DNA of 63,682 bases, filler included, from Octopus bimaculoides (GCF_001194135.2; 4 parts of 4 records of this genome joined end to end with filler, not necessarily neighbours in it), one strand, 5' to 3'; shown: positions 1 through 11,640, counted from the whole stretch's first letter. Notes: generated by a model from the sequence alone, not told the origin. Made by a program: numbers and translations.

Positions 1-40
<40 letters not shown>

Positions 41-479
41 CTATATGTGTGTGTCTTTGTGTCTGTCTGTGTTTGTCTCCTACCATCGCTTGACAACCAG
101 TATTGGTGTGTTTATGTCACTGTAACTTAGTAGTTCGGTAAAAGATATCTATAGAATCAGTATCAAGCTTTGAAAAAAAAAAAAAGTCCTGTGGTCAATT
201 TGTTTGACTAAGACCCTTCAAGGCAGTGCTTCAGTATGGGCTATGGTCAAATGACTGAAACAAGTAAAAGATGAAAGATTAAAGACATATCTTTTGGAAA
301 TAAAAATAACAAAATTTTTGATATTGAAAAAGAAAAAATTATTACAAAAAATCTTAATCTTAGCTTATTAATGAAATATAGCTTTTGTTTTTGAAAAAAG
401 TTGTATTTCTTTTGATAATTTATTATTTCTTTTTTTCTTTTTTTCCTTTTGGTGGATAATTAATTGTTTTCTACTTCAG

Positions 480-680
480 GTGCCAAACCATTTCATTGCT
501 CTCAATGTGATAAAAAATTTCGTACACCTGCACATCTGAAGAGTCATACTAACTCACACATTCGAGAAAAAGACAACACTTTGCCGCGTAAACCACGACG
601 AACTGTGCGCAAGTCTTTGAAATCAGACATTCCACTGCCAGATATCCCTCTACAGGAACCAATTCTAATTACAGATACAG
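480..680 (+). CDS. ZNF236: ZNF236-like exon 1 in window: one C2H2 finger plus the LPDIPLQEPILITD motif
   Basis: Acceptor cttcag|G at 479/480 and donor AG|gtaaaa at 680/681; 201 bp, phase 1 to 1. Encodes GAKPFHCSQCDKKFRTPAHLKSHTNSH...LPDIPLQEPILITDTG, matching the ZNF236 linker motif as I recall it. Confidence 0.92.
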
Positions 681-958
681 GTAAAAGGATTAATATTTTT
701 TAGGTGTGAAATTACAGGTTTATCGTTTAAACAAAGACAAACTTGCTAATACAAAATGTACTTGTAATAAAGAGTAAAAATATGGGGATTTGATGGAGGT
801 TGAACCCATATCAACTCATAAGTATAATACCTCCTGCATTAACATATTTTTTTCAGTGGAATTTTGGTTTAAGCACCTCATATAACCCCTCATCACTTTT
901 TTATTTTTTGGAAATTTCGGAAAACTTTTTACAAATCTGTGTTCTACACATGGGAATT

Positions 959-1296
959 CACGGCTGTGTGGTAAGTAGCTTGCTTACGAACCACATGGTT
1001 CCGGGTTCAGTCCCACTGCGTGGCACCTTGGGCAAGTGTCTTCTACTATAGCCTCGGGCCGACCAAAGCCTTGTGAGTGGATTTGGTAGACGGAAACTGA
1101 AAGAAGCCCGTCGTATATATGTATATATATTTATGTGTGCTGGTGTGTTTACGTCCCCGTAACTTAGCGGTTCGGCAAAAGAGACCGATAGAATAAGTAC
1201 TAAGCTTACAAAGAATAAGTCCTGGGGTCGATTTGCTTGACTAAAGGCGGTGCTCCAGCATGGCCACAGTCAAATGACTGAAACAAGTAAAAGAGT
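959..1296 (+). mobile_element. tRNA-headed CORE-like SINE (family A), full-length copy
   Basis: Head GGCTGTGTGGTAAG...GGGTTCAGTCCC, then ACCTTGGGCAAGTG resembling the MIR/CORE domain, an internal TA/TG microsatellite, and a tail ending GACTGAAACAAGTAAAAGAG. More than 15 full or partial copies in the window, e.g. 60-280, 5310-5480, 10700-10860, 19000-19260, 24210-24520, 46080-46450, 59370-59520, 60350-60585. Confidence 0.85.
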
Positions 1297-1876
1297 ATGT
1301 GATTTAAGGGCAGTTTAACTGTTATTTTTAGCACATCTCATGACCACCTGATACCTTCCTTGTTTCTTTGTCACTCTGACATGTATTGATGTTTTTCAAT
1401 ATTTTTCTCCCTATAAATACATTTAATGGAATGATGATGCACCTAGGGGTGGTCCATTGTTGGGATTTCAGCTAAAAATTTGGACTGTGAGTATTTTAAA
1501 CTCTGATTTTTATAAGATTTTAGAAAAGAGGGGAACTTTTAGGATTTATGGGGATGGGAGGGAGGAATGGGCTTAAAAAATTTATAAAACACAACTTTTT
1601 TTTCCATAATTGCACACATTCCTGTGTGTAGAATATAAATTCACAAGAATTTTCTGAGCACTCCAAAAAATAAAAAAAAGTTATTAGGGGTCATATTGGG
1701 GCTTAAAGCAGAATTCCACCCTTTTTTCTATATCACTGCCATCATTATCATCATCACAATACCATTACTATAACTATCTTTGTTGTTATCATCATTGTTA
1801 TTGTTGTTATTTTTATCATTGTCACAATCAGTTTTTGTGCTGTCATTTTTTAACCTCAAGTTAGTCCTATTTCAGT

Positions 1877-2254
1877 GGAGGCGCAATGGCCCAGTGGTTA
1901 GGGCAGTGGACTCGCGGTCATAGGATTGCAGTTTCGATTCCCAGCCCGAGCATTGTGAGTGTTTATTGAGCGAAAACACCTAAAGCTCCACAAGGCTCCG
2001 GCAGGGGGTGGTGGCGAACCCCGCTGTACTCTTTCACCACAACTTTCTCTCACTCTTACTTCCAGTTTTTGTTGTGCCTGTAATTCAAAGGGTCAGCCTT
2101 GTCACACTGAATATCCCCGAGAACTACGTTAAGGGTACACGTGTCTGTGGAGTGCTCAGCCACTTGCACGTTAATTTCACGAGCAGGCTGTTCCGTTGAT
2201 CGGATTAACTGGAACCCTTGACGTCGTAAGCGATGGAGTGCCAACAACAACAAC
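1877..2254 (+). mobile_element. tRNA-headed SINE (family D) with 14-bp target-site duplication
   Basis: A box TGGCCCAGTGG, B box GTTTCGATTCC and tail TGCCAACAACAACAAC. TSD AGTCCTATTTCAGT at 1863-1876 and 2255-2268. Homologous to 7282-7722 and 23375-23560 (-). Confidence 0.88.
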
Positions 2255-2499
2255 AGTCCTATTTCAGTAGGCCTGTGATGAAAGTTGTTTCCACAGTTAC
2301 CATTGTGTATCCAAGACTACATTATCCAATGTGAACTTCCATTTTTAAAATGTCAGTGTGTAATTTGTGGCTGCTATTTCCAGTAGGTTGTACAGTAAGC
2401 TATTTCCAGTATTTAACTGCTATTTCTTATGCTTAGGTGCTATTTCCAGTAGGCCATGCTGTAGGCTTTTATTTCCAGTATTTGGCTGCTATTTCCAGT

Positions 2500-2703
2500 G
2501 TTTGACTCATGCGGTGCCACATTAAAAGTACCCAGCATACACTGTAAAGTGGTTGGTATTAGGAAGGGCATCCAGCCATAGAAAGCAAGCCAAGTCAGAC
2601 TGGAACCTGGTGCAGCCCTCTGGCTTGCCAATTCTGGTCAAACTGTCTAACCCATGCCAGCATGGAAAACGGATGTTAAATGATGATGATGATGATGATG
2701 ATG
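2500..2703 (+). mobile_element. 3' UTR fragment of an RTE-type LINE (family C) with (GAT)n tail
   Basis: AGGAAGGGCATCCAG...CCATGCCAGCATGG...GTTAAATGATGATG. The same tail follows RTE coding sequence at 24543-25150. Other copies at 6170-6225, 8075-8390, 14115-14275, 15590-15975 and 19640-19800. Confidence 0.75.
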
Positions 2704-3009
2704 GCTGCTATTTCCAGTTGGTTGTGCAGCCATGCAAACCGCCTTCTATTTTATTGACCTGTCATCAGTATCATTGTCATCACTGCACTCAATACATTTA
2801 TTGCTACCATTTAGCCATTGTTATTCGTTATCTTTGATGTTATTGTCACTGTTGTCACTGTTACTTTGATTGATTGTGGCAAGAATGTCATTCCCATCAA
2901 CAACATCCGTTTCACTTATCACATAATGGCAATTGGGTGTCATTATCATCAGAAAATATTAGTTTGAAGTAAAAGGCAAAAACATTATCAAAGTCCTCAT
3001 TGTGATTAT

Positions 3010-4010
3010 TGTCAACATCCCCAGCACTAACACCACCACCACCACCACCACCACCACCATCCTTGTCACTGCCACCATCCTTGTCATCACCACCAGCACT
3101 GTCACCTGCTTTGTCACTCGTCCTCATCCACCTCCTCCTAGCCCTCCTCCTCGTCCTCCTCCTCGTCCTCCCCCTTGTTGTCATCGTCCTCCTCCTCCTC
3201 CCCCTCCATCCACTCCTCCTCCATCCACTCCTCCTCCATCCACTCCTCCTCCATCCACTCCTCCNNNNNNNNNNNNNNNNNNNNNNNNNNNNNNNNNNNN
3301 NNNNNNNNNNNNNNNNNNNNNNNNNNNNNNNNNNNNNNNNNNNNNNNNNNNNNNNNNNNNNNNNNNNNNNNNNNNNNNNNNNNNNNNNNNNNNNNNNNNN
3401 NNNNNNNNNNNNNNNNNNNNNNNNNNNNNNNNNNNNNNNNNNNNNNNNNNNNNNNNNNNNNNNNNNNNNNNNNNNNNNNNNNNNNNNNNNNNNNNNNNNN
3501 NNNNNNNNNNNNNNNNNNNNNNNNNNNNNNNNNNNNNNNNNNNNNNNNNNNNNNNNNNNNNNNNNNNNNNNNNNNNNNNNNNNNNNNNNNNNNNNNNNNN
3601 NNNNNNNNNNNNNNNNNNNNNNNNNNNNNNNNNNNNNNNNNNNNNNNNNNNNNNNNNNNNNNNNNNNNNNNNNNNNNNNNNNNNNNNNNNNNNNNNNNNN
3701 NNNNNNNNNNNNNNNNNNNNNNNNNNNNNNNNNNNNNNNNNNNNNNNNNNNNNNNNNNNNNNNNNNNNNNNNNNNNNNNNNNNNNNNNNNNNNNNNNNNN
3801 NNNNNNNNNNNNNNNNNNNNNNNNNNNNNNNNNNNNNNNNNNNNNNNNNNNNNNNNNNNNNNNNNNNNNNNNNNNNNNNNNNNNNNNNNNNNNNNNNNNN
3901 NNNNNNNNNNNNNNNNNNNNNNNATCCACTCCTCCTCCTCCTCCATCCACTCCTCCTCCTCCTCCTCCTCCTCCTCTTCTACCCCCTAACACCCCCTTCT
4001 CCAATTCTGT
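3010..4010. repeat. CAC/CCT/CCTCCATCCACT low-complexity repeats flanking an N gap
   Basis: Directly visible tandem repeats. The poly-P/S/L ORFs here are by-products of the repeat. Confidence 0.9.
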
Positions 4011-4284
4011 TTCTCTTTGGTGGGCCAAGTTGGACAGGTCTACTAAAGAGTGGTTGTACATTTCATCGTAGTTGTGGTTTTGGCAAATGATTTCATGAGT
4101 TGATGTCATTTCTGATACCAACCACTTAGAAAGGTTTGCAGAGCAAGGGCAAGGAGGAGAGCAAGATGGGCAAGGAGAAGGGCAATTGTGTTTATCATAA
4201 CACAAGCAACAGTAAACAGTAAAAAAAAACAAAAAAAATTGACCTGTATTTTTTTGTTGTGATTTGTTGTTATTTTTCTTTTAT

Positions 4285-4690
4285 TCTTTTACTTGTTTCA
4301 GTCATTTGACTGTGGCCATACTGAAGCACTGCCTTAAAGGGCTTTTTAGTCAAAGAAATCGATGCCAGGACTTATTGTTTGTAAGCCTGGTACTTATTCT
4401 ATTGGTCTCTTTTGCTGAACCACTAAGTAAACACACCAACATCAGTTGTCAAGCGACGATGGGGGGACAAACATAGACACAAAGACACACATACACACAC
4501 ACATACATACATACATACATATATCTATATGATAGGCTTCTTTCAATTTCCATCTACCAAATCCACTCACAAGGCTTTGGTCAGCCTGAGGCTATAGTAG
4601 AAGACACTTGCCCAAGGTTCCACGTGGTGGGACTGAGCCCAGGACCATGTGGTTGGGAAGCAAGCTTCTTACCACGTGGCCATGCCTGCA
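4285..4690 (-). mobile_element. Family A CORE-like SINE, reverse orientation
   Basis: Reverse complement of 959-1296 (head, core and tail), lying in the same ZNF236 intron. Confidence 0.85.
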
Positions 4691-4755
4691 CCTATTTATG
4701 CACCAACTGTATTAAATATGAAGTGTAATGTCGATATTGTTTGTTCTTTGTTCAG

Positions 4756-4902
4756 GTCTCATCCAACAGCCACCCAGAAGTAATATTTTTAACAACTACC
4801 TCACCGACATGAACAGTTCCGACCGTCCATATAAGTGCACGTACTGTTCAAGGGGTTTCAAGAAATCGAGTCATCTCAAGCAACATGTCAGATCTCATAC
4901 AG
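4756..4902 (+). CDS. ZNF236: ZNF236-like exon 2: one C2H2 finger
   Basis: ttcag|GT acceptor and CAG|gtcagt donor; 147 bp, phase 1 to 1. Encodes [50 protein letters not shown]. Confidence 0.93.
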
Positions 4903-5498
4903 GTCAGTCTTCACATTATTTCTTTTTTGTTGTCATCATCATCATCATCATCATCAGTAGCAGCAGCAACAACAGCAACAGCAGTAGCAGCAGTGTTTAA
5001 CATTCAGTTTTCCATGCTTGCATGGGTCAGACAGAATTTGTTGAGGGCTGACTTTCTACAACTTTATATCGTCAACCCTCATCTTGTTTCCAAGCTAAGT
5101 AATATTTCCCTATGCCAAGACATGTTTTTCATGAAAGACTGGAAATGAACAGCATCACCTGCGTGATGGCAATGTATTGTGTTTTTACAATCATCATGTC
5201 AAGATTAGGATATACAAGTATGCTCTAACACAAACACACACACATATAAGTCTATCTATCTATCTATCTAGCTATCTCAATCTTTCTCTCTCTCTCTCCC
5301 TCCATCTTTATATATATGATGGGCTCTTTTTTCAAGTTGTTGTTGTTAACTTTACTCATAAGGCTTTGGTTGCCCTGAGCCTATGGTAGACAACACTTAT
5401 CCAAGGTGCTGCACTGTGGGGTTGAACCTGAGACCACATGGTTGGGATACAAGCTTTTTAATCTATTTCTGAACCTATACATGGCCGGCCACACATTC

Positions 5499-5612
<114 letters not shown>

Positions 5613-5707
5613 TCCTTTACTTTTAACTTTTGATTGTAGGATTGTGAGATCATTATAGAATCAAAGTAAACACTAACTGTTTAACAGTAATGAATAATTA
5701 TGTTCTA

Positions 5708-5974
5708 CAGGGTGTCCACAATGTCTGGGTACATCGGGATTAACACATACTTTAAGGAATTATTATTTCTTATATTTGTTTGTTATGATTTTATTTACTC
5801 CATGTACCCACATGGGGATTAACACATACTTTAAGAAATTATTATTTCTTATATTTAATTGTTTATGTTATGATTTTATTTACTCCATGTACCCAGAAAT
5901 TATTATTTCTTATATTTAACTGTTTATGTTATGATTTTATTTACTCCATGTACCCAGACCTTGTGGACACCCCG
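5708..5974. mobile_element. Tc1/mariner-type MITE with TA target site
   Basis: TA|CAGGGTGTCCACAATGTCTGGGTACAT at the left end and ATGTACCCAGACCTTGTGGACACCCCG|TA at the right: 27-bp TIRs with 2 mismatches, plus internal tandem duplications. Confidence 0.75.
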
Positions 5975-6660
5975 TACATTTTGAATTCAAATTCTGATTG
6001 AGCATAACTTTAGCATTGATTTGTTTGAAGTCAATAAAAGTAAATACAGTAGATAAACTTTGTCTGTTCAGTAAACAATACTTTTGCAGTAAAATGTATT
6101 CCTTCAGTAAACTATACTCTTTCAGTAAAGTATTGTTATTATTCACTTTTTTAAGGTTATCTCCATAGATTTTCTAACCCATGCCAGCATGGACAATGGA
6201 CGTTAAATGATGATAATGATGTTTGATATCTGAATATGTCTAATGTAAACAATGCGATTGAAAATGGAAAAATAGGTAATGAGTGCATATGCATGTTTCA
6301 GGAGTTCTTAGTTCTTCTTTGTGGATAGTAAATGGGTTGGATGTGGTGCTGAAGAAAGAGAATATAAATATGCATCCATTACCTATTTTTCCATCTTCTA
6401 TAGCATTGTTGTTTACATTAGACATACTTGGATATGAAACGTTGTAATGAATCAGTGCTGGTTATAATTTCTCTAGAAAACTTGTTGAGATAACCTTAAA
6501 AAGTGATTTAATAGCACTGCTAACCTGGTTGGATACAGTATTGACTTATAAAGTGTTTAATATACTTTGTAGTATATGTTATAGTTGCATAATGTATTAT
6601 GGTGTCCCTACAAGTAATTAATGTTATTATTCAGTATTGTTATTATTCTGTGTTATTCAG

Positions 6661-6910
6661 GTGAAAAACCATACCAGTGTAAGCAGTGTCATCGGTCGTT
6701 TGTGTCTAGTGGCGTTCTCAAGTCTCACACGCGAACTCACACGGGGATCAAGGCCTACAAGTGTCTAGTTTGTGAAAATAATTTTACCACCAGTGGCAGC
6801 CTGAAAAGACATATGTCAACACACACTGAAATTAGGCCATTCATGTGTCCGTATTGTCAGAAAACCTTTAAAACATCTGTTAATTGTAAGAAACACATGA
6901 AAACCCACAG
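6661..6910 (+). CDS. ZNF236: ZNF236-like exon 3: three C2H2 fingers
   Basis: ttattcag|GT acceptor and AG|gtgaaa donor; 250 bp, phase 1 to 2. Ends [26 protein letters not shown], a finger characteristic of ZNF236. Confidence 0.95.
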
Positions 6911-7281
6911 GTGAAAAGAAATTTTGAAGTATTCTCTCTTACAATTCTCCTTTCATTTTATTTGTTTTATTTCATTTTATTTTTCAAAATTCTTTAATAT
7001 GAAAACGTTTAAAAGCTTCTATTTTTTTCCCTCTTTTTAAACCTTGATAACTTGTCAGCTCTTATCGAGCAGATCGATGTTAAAAGGTATTCCAGCCATG
7101 GCCATCTTGTCATTTTTGTCCAGATGTAGTAGTGTTCGTTTTTAAGATGAAGGTAGAGTGTGTAATTTGAGGGAAATTTGGTTGACATTTATAGTAATTC
7201 ATGTGACTGTAGAAGCTCCCTCTGGTGACCAGGTGTTTGTTCTGCAATATAATCATTATGGTCAGGAGATCCTTATAATTC

Positions 7282-7722
7282 TGGAGGTGCAATGGCTCAG
7301 TGGTTAGGGCAGTGGACTCGCGGTCGTAGGATCGCGGTCGTAGGATCGCGGTCGTAGGATCGCGGTCGTAGGATCTCAATCGTGGGATCGCGGTTTCGAT
7401 TCCCAGACCGGGCGTTGTGAGTGTTTATTGAGTGAAAACACCTAAAGCTCCACGAGGCTCCGGCAGGGGATGGTGGCGAACCCTGCTGTACTCTTCTACC
7501 ACAACTTTCTCTCACTCTTACTTCCTGTTTCTGTTGTGCCTGTAATTCAAAGGGTCAGCCTTGTCACACTGTGTCATGCTGAATATCCCCGAGAGCTACG
7601 TTAAGGGTACACATGTCTGTGGAGTGCTCAGCCACTTGCACATTAATTTCATGAGCAGGCTGTTCCGTTGATCAGATCAAGTGGAACCCTCGACGTCGTA
7701 AGCGATGGAGTGCCAACAACAA
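7282..7722 (+). mobile_element. Family D tRNA-headed SINE with 11-bp TSD and a 14-bp tandem expansion in the head
   Basis: TSD CCTTATAATTC at 7271-7281 and 7723-7733. Body closely matches 1877-2254. Confidence 0.9.
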
Positions 7723-8387
7723 CCTTATAATTCAGTAAGATATCTAGATCTGTGTATAATGATGGACTGATGCAAGCTATCACTTATAGTTAATCCATGT
7801 AAGATCCAATTAGTTGCTTGATCAAAATAATTAGGCACATTAGGTCAATTTTTTATTGGAACAACATCCAGTTGCTATTTTCATGACCATAAAACTAGTT
7901 AAACTCGGCATAACAAGGTCACAAAACATTTGTTAATTCTACATCCCTCTCGTTCAGGTCCGTAGTAAACTATGTACGTTTGATATCTGTCTATATGAAG
8001 GTTGACTGGATGATTTAAAGCTTTGTAAAGTTGATGAGATATGAACTGTTGATTTCATGTTCAGTTGGCCAATATCATCATCATCATCATCGTCATCATT
8101 TGTTCATGCTGATGTGGGTTGGATGGTTTGATGTAAACTTTCAAGCCACAAGACTGTCATGATTTCTGTGGCTGGGTACCCTTTCTGATGCCAACCAGTT
8201 TATAAAGTATATTGGGTACTTTTTGCATGGCACCAGCTCTAGTGAGAAGTCTCCTTAACTGAGTGTGTTTGTGGAGGGGGTGTAGTGTTGAGGCAGATGG
8301 TTTTATGCCAAGTGTTGAGAGCTGAAACTTTGATAGAAAGACAGGAACAGGTGTTTTGCTGAAGAAGAGATAAGGTTTTACCATCTC

Positions 8388-8794
8388 TCTTTTACTCTTT
8401 TACTTGTTTCAGTCATTTGACTGCCTCCATGCTGGAGCACTGCCTTTAGTCGAGCAAATCGACCCCAGGACTTAATCTTTGTAAGCCTAATACTCATTCT
8501 ATCGGTCTCTTTTTGCCGAACCACTAAGTTACGGGGAGGTAAACACACCAGCATCGGTTGTCAAGCGATGCTGGGGGGGGGGGGGGACAAACACAAAAAC
8601 ACAAACACACATACATATATATACATATATACGACAGGCTTCTTTCAGTTTCCGTCTACTAAATCCACTCACAAGGCTTTGGTCAGCCCGAGGCTATAGT
8701 AGAAGACACTTGCCCAATGTGCCACGCAGTGGGACTGAACCCGGAACCATGTGGTTGGTAAGCAAGCTACTTACCACTCAGCGACTCCTGTGCC
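8388..8794 (-). mobile_element. Family A CORE-like SINE, reverse orientation
   Basis: Near-complete reverse-complement match to 959-1296. Confidence 0.88.
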
Positions 8795-9887
8795 TATAAG
8801 CCACTCCTGCGCCATCTGGAAAGAAAAAAGGAAAGAATTAGTGAGGGCATGCCCTCAAGGTACAAGTGAGGGCATACCCTCAAGGTACAAGTGGGGGCAT
8901 ACCCTCAAGGGACAAAGTGAATATAAAAAAGAGAATAGCGATAGAGGATCAAAAAGGGTGGTGCATATTTATATTTGTTACTTTAGCAATTTATTTAATT
9001 AATTGACCTAAGGGAAATAACTAACTCTTTCATTCATTGTATTTTTTAATTACGCAAATTGTCTTGGTCAATGATTATTTGTAATTCTTTGTCCACATCT
9101 ACAAATTTTTGTCAGTATATTATGTATGCTTAAGTTAACCATACTGTGCTGATGAGGTTTAATAGATCAAAACACGCCCTTAGCTGGTGTCTTTTAGCTG
9201 CAAACAAAGATTACATTTTCCCTAAGCATGTGTATTAACCTTAAATCGATTAATTCTTGGGAAACTCGACTGGGGACTGTTGGTGCTGCCATCTACAGTT
9301 ACTTTTGGAATAACAGAGTGAGGAAGAAGGAGAGAGAGAGAGTTTATTAAGAAATAGAAGAGAGGGTGAAGATTCCTTTTAAGGGGAGAAAACTACTTCA
9401 GGATTAATAATTTTCTATTATTATGAGAGGTCTTTTTCTTATAAGTGTGAGAGCACAATGAATAATACTTCCACATAATCCATTTTTTCCTTCTTTTTAG
9501 TTGTAGATAGTGCTATTTTGTCCTTCCTATAGGCTTTTCAGTACAACATAACTTGGGATCATGAAATTAGTTGGTTTATGTTCATTTAAAACCTTTAGGA
9601 ATTATATACGGTCGATTTTCTTTTTTTTCTCCTACTTTCTTAACAGTGGAGGAAGGGAGTGAAGAGAAAGGGGCAGGGAAATGAAAGCCTCAGAGTTAAA
9701 ATTAATCCTTAATTTCTTGAAATTATCTCCCCCTTTTATCAGAGAGTTGCGACTAGCTTTTCGATTTTATCTAGCTAAGAGGGTAATCTCAATTAATTAA
9801 AAAAAAATCTTTTTCACACTGCATTTTATCCCTGTAATTCATTACATCACTATTCAACTTGTTTATATATTTGTTTGTTCCTGTCAG

Positions 9888-10182
9888 ACATGAACTAGCT
9901 ATGCAAGCGCTGCAGCAGGATCAAACACTTCAAACCCATCAAGTAGAAAACCATGTGATTGAAAATGCCGAACCTGAGGACAAGACTGATAATACGTTAG
10001 TGACAAGTCAACCAGATGACAGTTCTATAACTGTTACACAACCAGCAACATTGACTACTGCTGCGACACTTCAGAATGGAACTGTCAGCTCTAGCCTTAG
10101 TGATATTAGCCAAAATGATCTGACCGCAACTAATGCAGCTGTTTTATCTCAAACAGCTATTTCAGAAGCCTTATTAGAACAG
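9888..10182 (+). CDS. ZNF236: ZNF236-like exon 4: S/T/Q-rich linker
   Basis: ctgtcag|A acceptor completes the AG-A Arg codon from exon 3 (RHELAMQALQQ...). CAG|gtaaag donor; 295 bp, phase 2 to 0. Confidence 0.88.
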
Positions 10183-10347
10183 GTAAAGCAATCTTCTAGT
10201 GAAATATTCTTCATTTTCAATATCGTATTCCCTCTTTTACATTTTCTTATCTATATATTATATACATCATGTTATATAGCCATTACAAAGCAATTCATGA
10301 TTGGTTACAATTTAATTTCAATCTAATTGATACCATTTCTAATGAGA

Positions 10348-10680
10348 ATCATCATCATCATTTAATGTCCATTTTCCATGCTGGTATGAGTTGGATGCCT
10401 TGACCAGAGCTGGTTAGGCCAGGGGCTTCACCAGGCTCCATTGTCTGCTCTGATATGGTCTCTACAGCTGGATGCCCTTCCTAATGTCAACCACTTCATG
10501 TGGCAGCATAACCTGTGCTTTTTATGTGGCACCTGCACCGGTATCAATTCTGCTGTGGCGGACAGGTCTTCTTGAGTACAGCAATGTGCCAGATATCTTG
10601 GTCCTCAGACATCTCTTTCATAAGGCTTAGTGTCTTGAGATTGGCCTTTGTCCCATGTCTTCCTGGGTCTACCTCTTCCA
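10348..10680 (-). mobile_element. RTE-type LINE 3' fragment (family C)
   Basis: Minus strand reads a GRPRKTWD-like ORF2 remnant, followed by the family C 3' UTR and (GAT)n tail. Confidence 0.65.
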
Positions 10681-10864
10681 TATCATAATATATTTATCAC
10701 AAGCATAGCTGTATGGTTAAGAAGCTCGCTTTGAAACCATATGGTTTTGGGTTCAGTCTCAATGCACACCACATTAGACAAGTGTCTTCTACTATAGCCC
10801 CAGGCTGACCAATGCCTTCTGAGTGGATTTGGTAGACAGAAACTATGTGGAGGCCTGTCGTGGA

Positions 10865-11240
10865 ACGTTAAAAGCACATCTGAGCGTGATCATTGCCAGG
10901 GCCACGGATTGGCTCCTGTACTGGTGACATGTGAAAAACAACATTCGAGTGTGGTCGTTGCCAGTGCTGCCGGACTGGCTCCCGTGCAGGTAGCATGTAA
11001 AAACACCTTTTGAGCATGGTTGTTGCCAGTACCGCCTGACTGGCCCTCGTGCCAGTGGCACATAAAAAGCACCCACTACACTCTTGGAGTGGTTGGCGTT
11101 AAGATGGGCATCCAGCTGTAGAAACTTTGCCTGATCAGATTGAGCTTGGTGCAGCCTTCTGGCTCACCAGTCCTCAGTCAAACCATCCAACCCATGCCAG
11201 CATGGAAAGCAGACGTTAAACGATGATGATGATGATGATG
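10865..11240 (+). mobile_element. Family C 3' UTR variant with three ~65-bp hairpin modules
   Basis: Repeated GCCAGT..ACTGGC and GTAAAAA modules followed by the family C tail. An inverted homolog lies at 21425-21770. Confidence 0.7.
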
Positions 11241-11503
11241 TGTGTGTGTGTGTGTCTGTCTGTGTGTGTCTATGAGAGTGTGTGTTTGTGTTTGTGTCTC
11301 CTGCCACTGCTTGATAACTGGTGTTTATTTATGTCCTTGTAACTTAGTTACATCATCATCATCATTGCAAATGATTGTTATTGGAGTGTAGTTGTTTGAA
11401 TGAACTGATTACCACAGGAACAAATACATGAAATGCCTTCTCTTTAAATATAAAACAAATGTTTTATATTTAAAACGAACTGTTTTATTTTAATGTTTTG
11501 TAG

Positions 11504-11578
11504 GTATTTAATGTTCAACAGAATCTATTAGGAAACCAGCAAAATTTATCTTTTAACCAAGGCTCAATTACATTACCT
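11504..11578 (+). CDS. ZNF236: ZNF236-like exon 5: 25-aa linker exon
   Basis: ttttgtag| acceptor and |gtaagt donor; 75 bp, phase 0 to 0. Open frame VFNVQQNLLGNQQNLSFNQGSITLP. Too short for the ORF track. Confidence 0.75.
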
Positions 11579-11640
11579 GTAAGTATTCAGTTCTGTTTTT
11601 GTTTTTCCATCTTACATCTATTTACTCATAGCATGACAGA

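Noticed and set aside
1877-1950. tRNA-like sequence as a tRNA gene
   Set aside because: It continues into a SINE body with TSDs and has no proper acceptor stem. All tRNA-like strings in the window are SINE heads.
2912-4232. Long 298-364-aa ORFs
   Set aside because: Made of N runs and CCT/CAC microsatellites; not real coding sequence. The same applies to all X-rich and HT/YI/CV-repeat ORFs in the track.
7319-7388. Short direct repeats as a CRISPR array
   Set aside because: Head-to-tail tandem units without spacers, in a eukaryotic SINE. The 25-bp units at 8840 likewise lack spacers.
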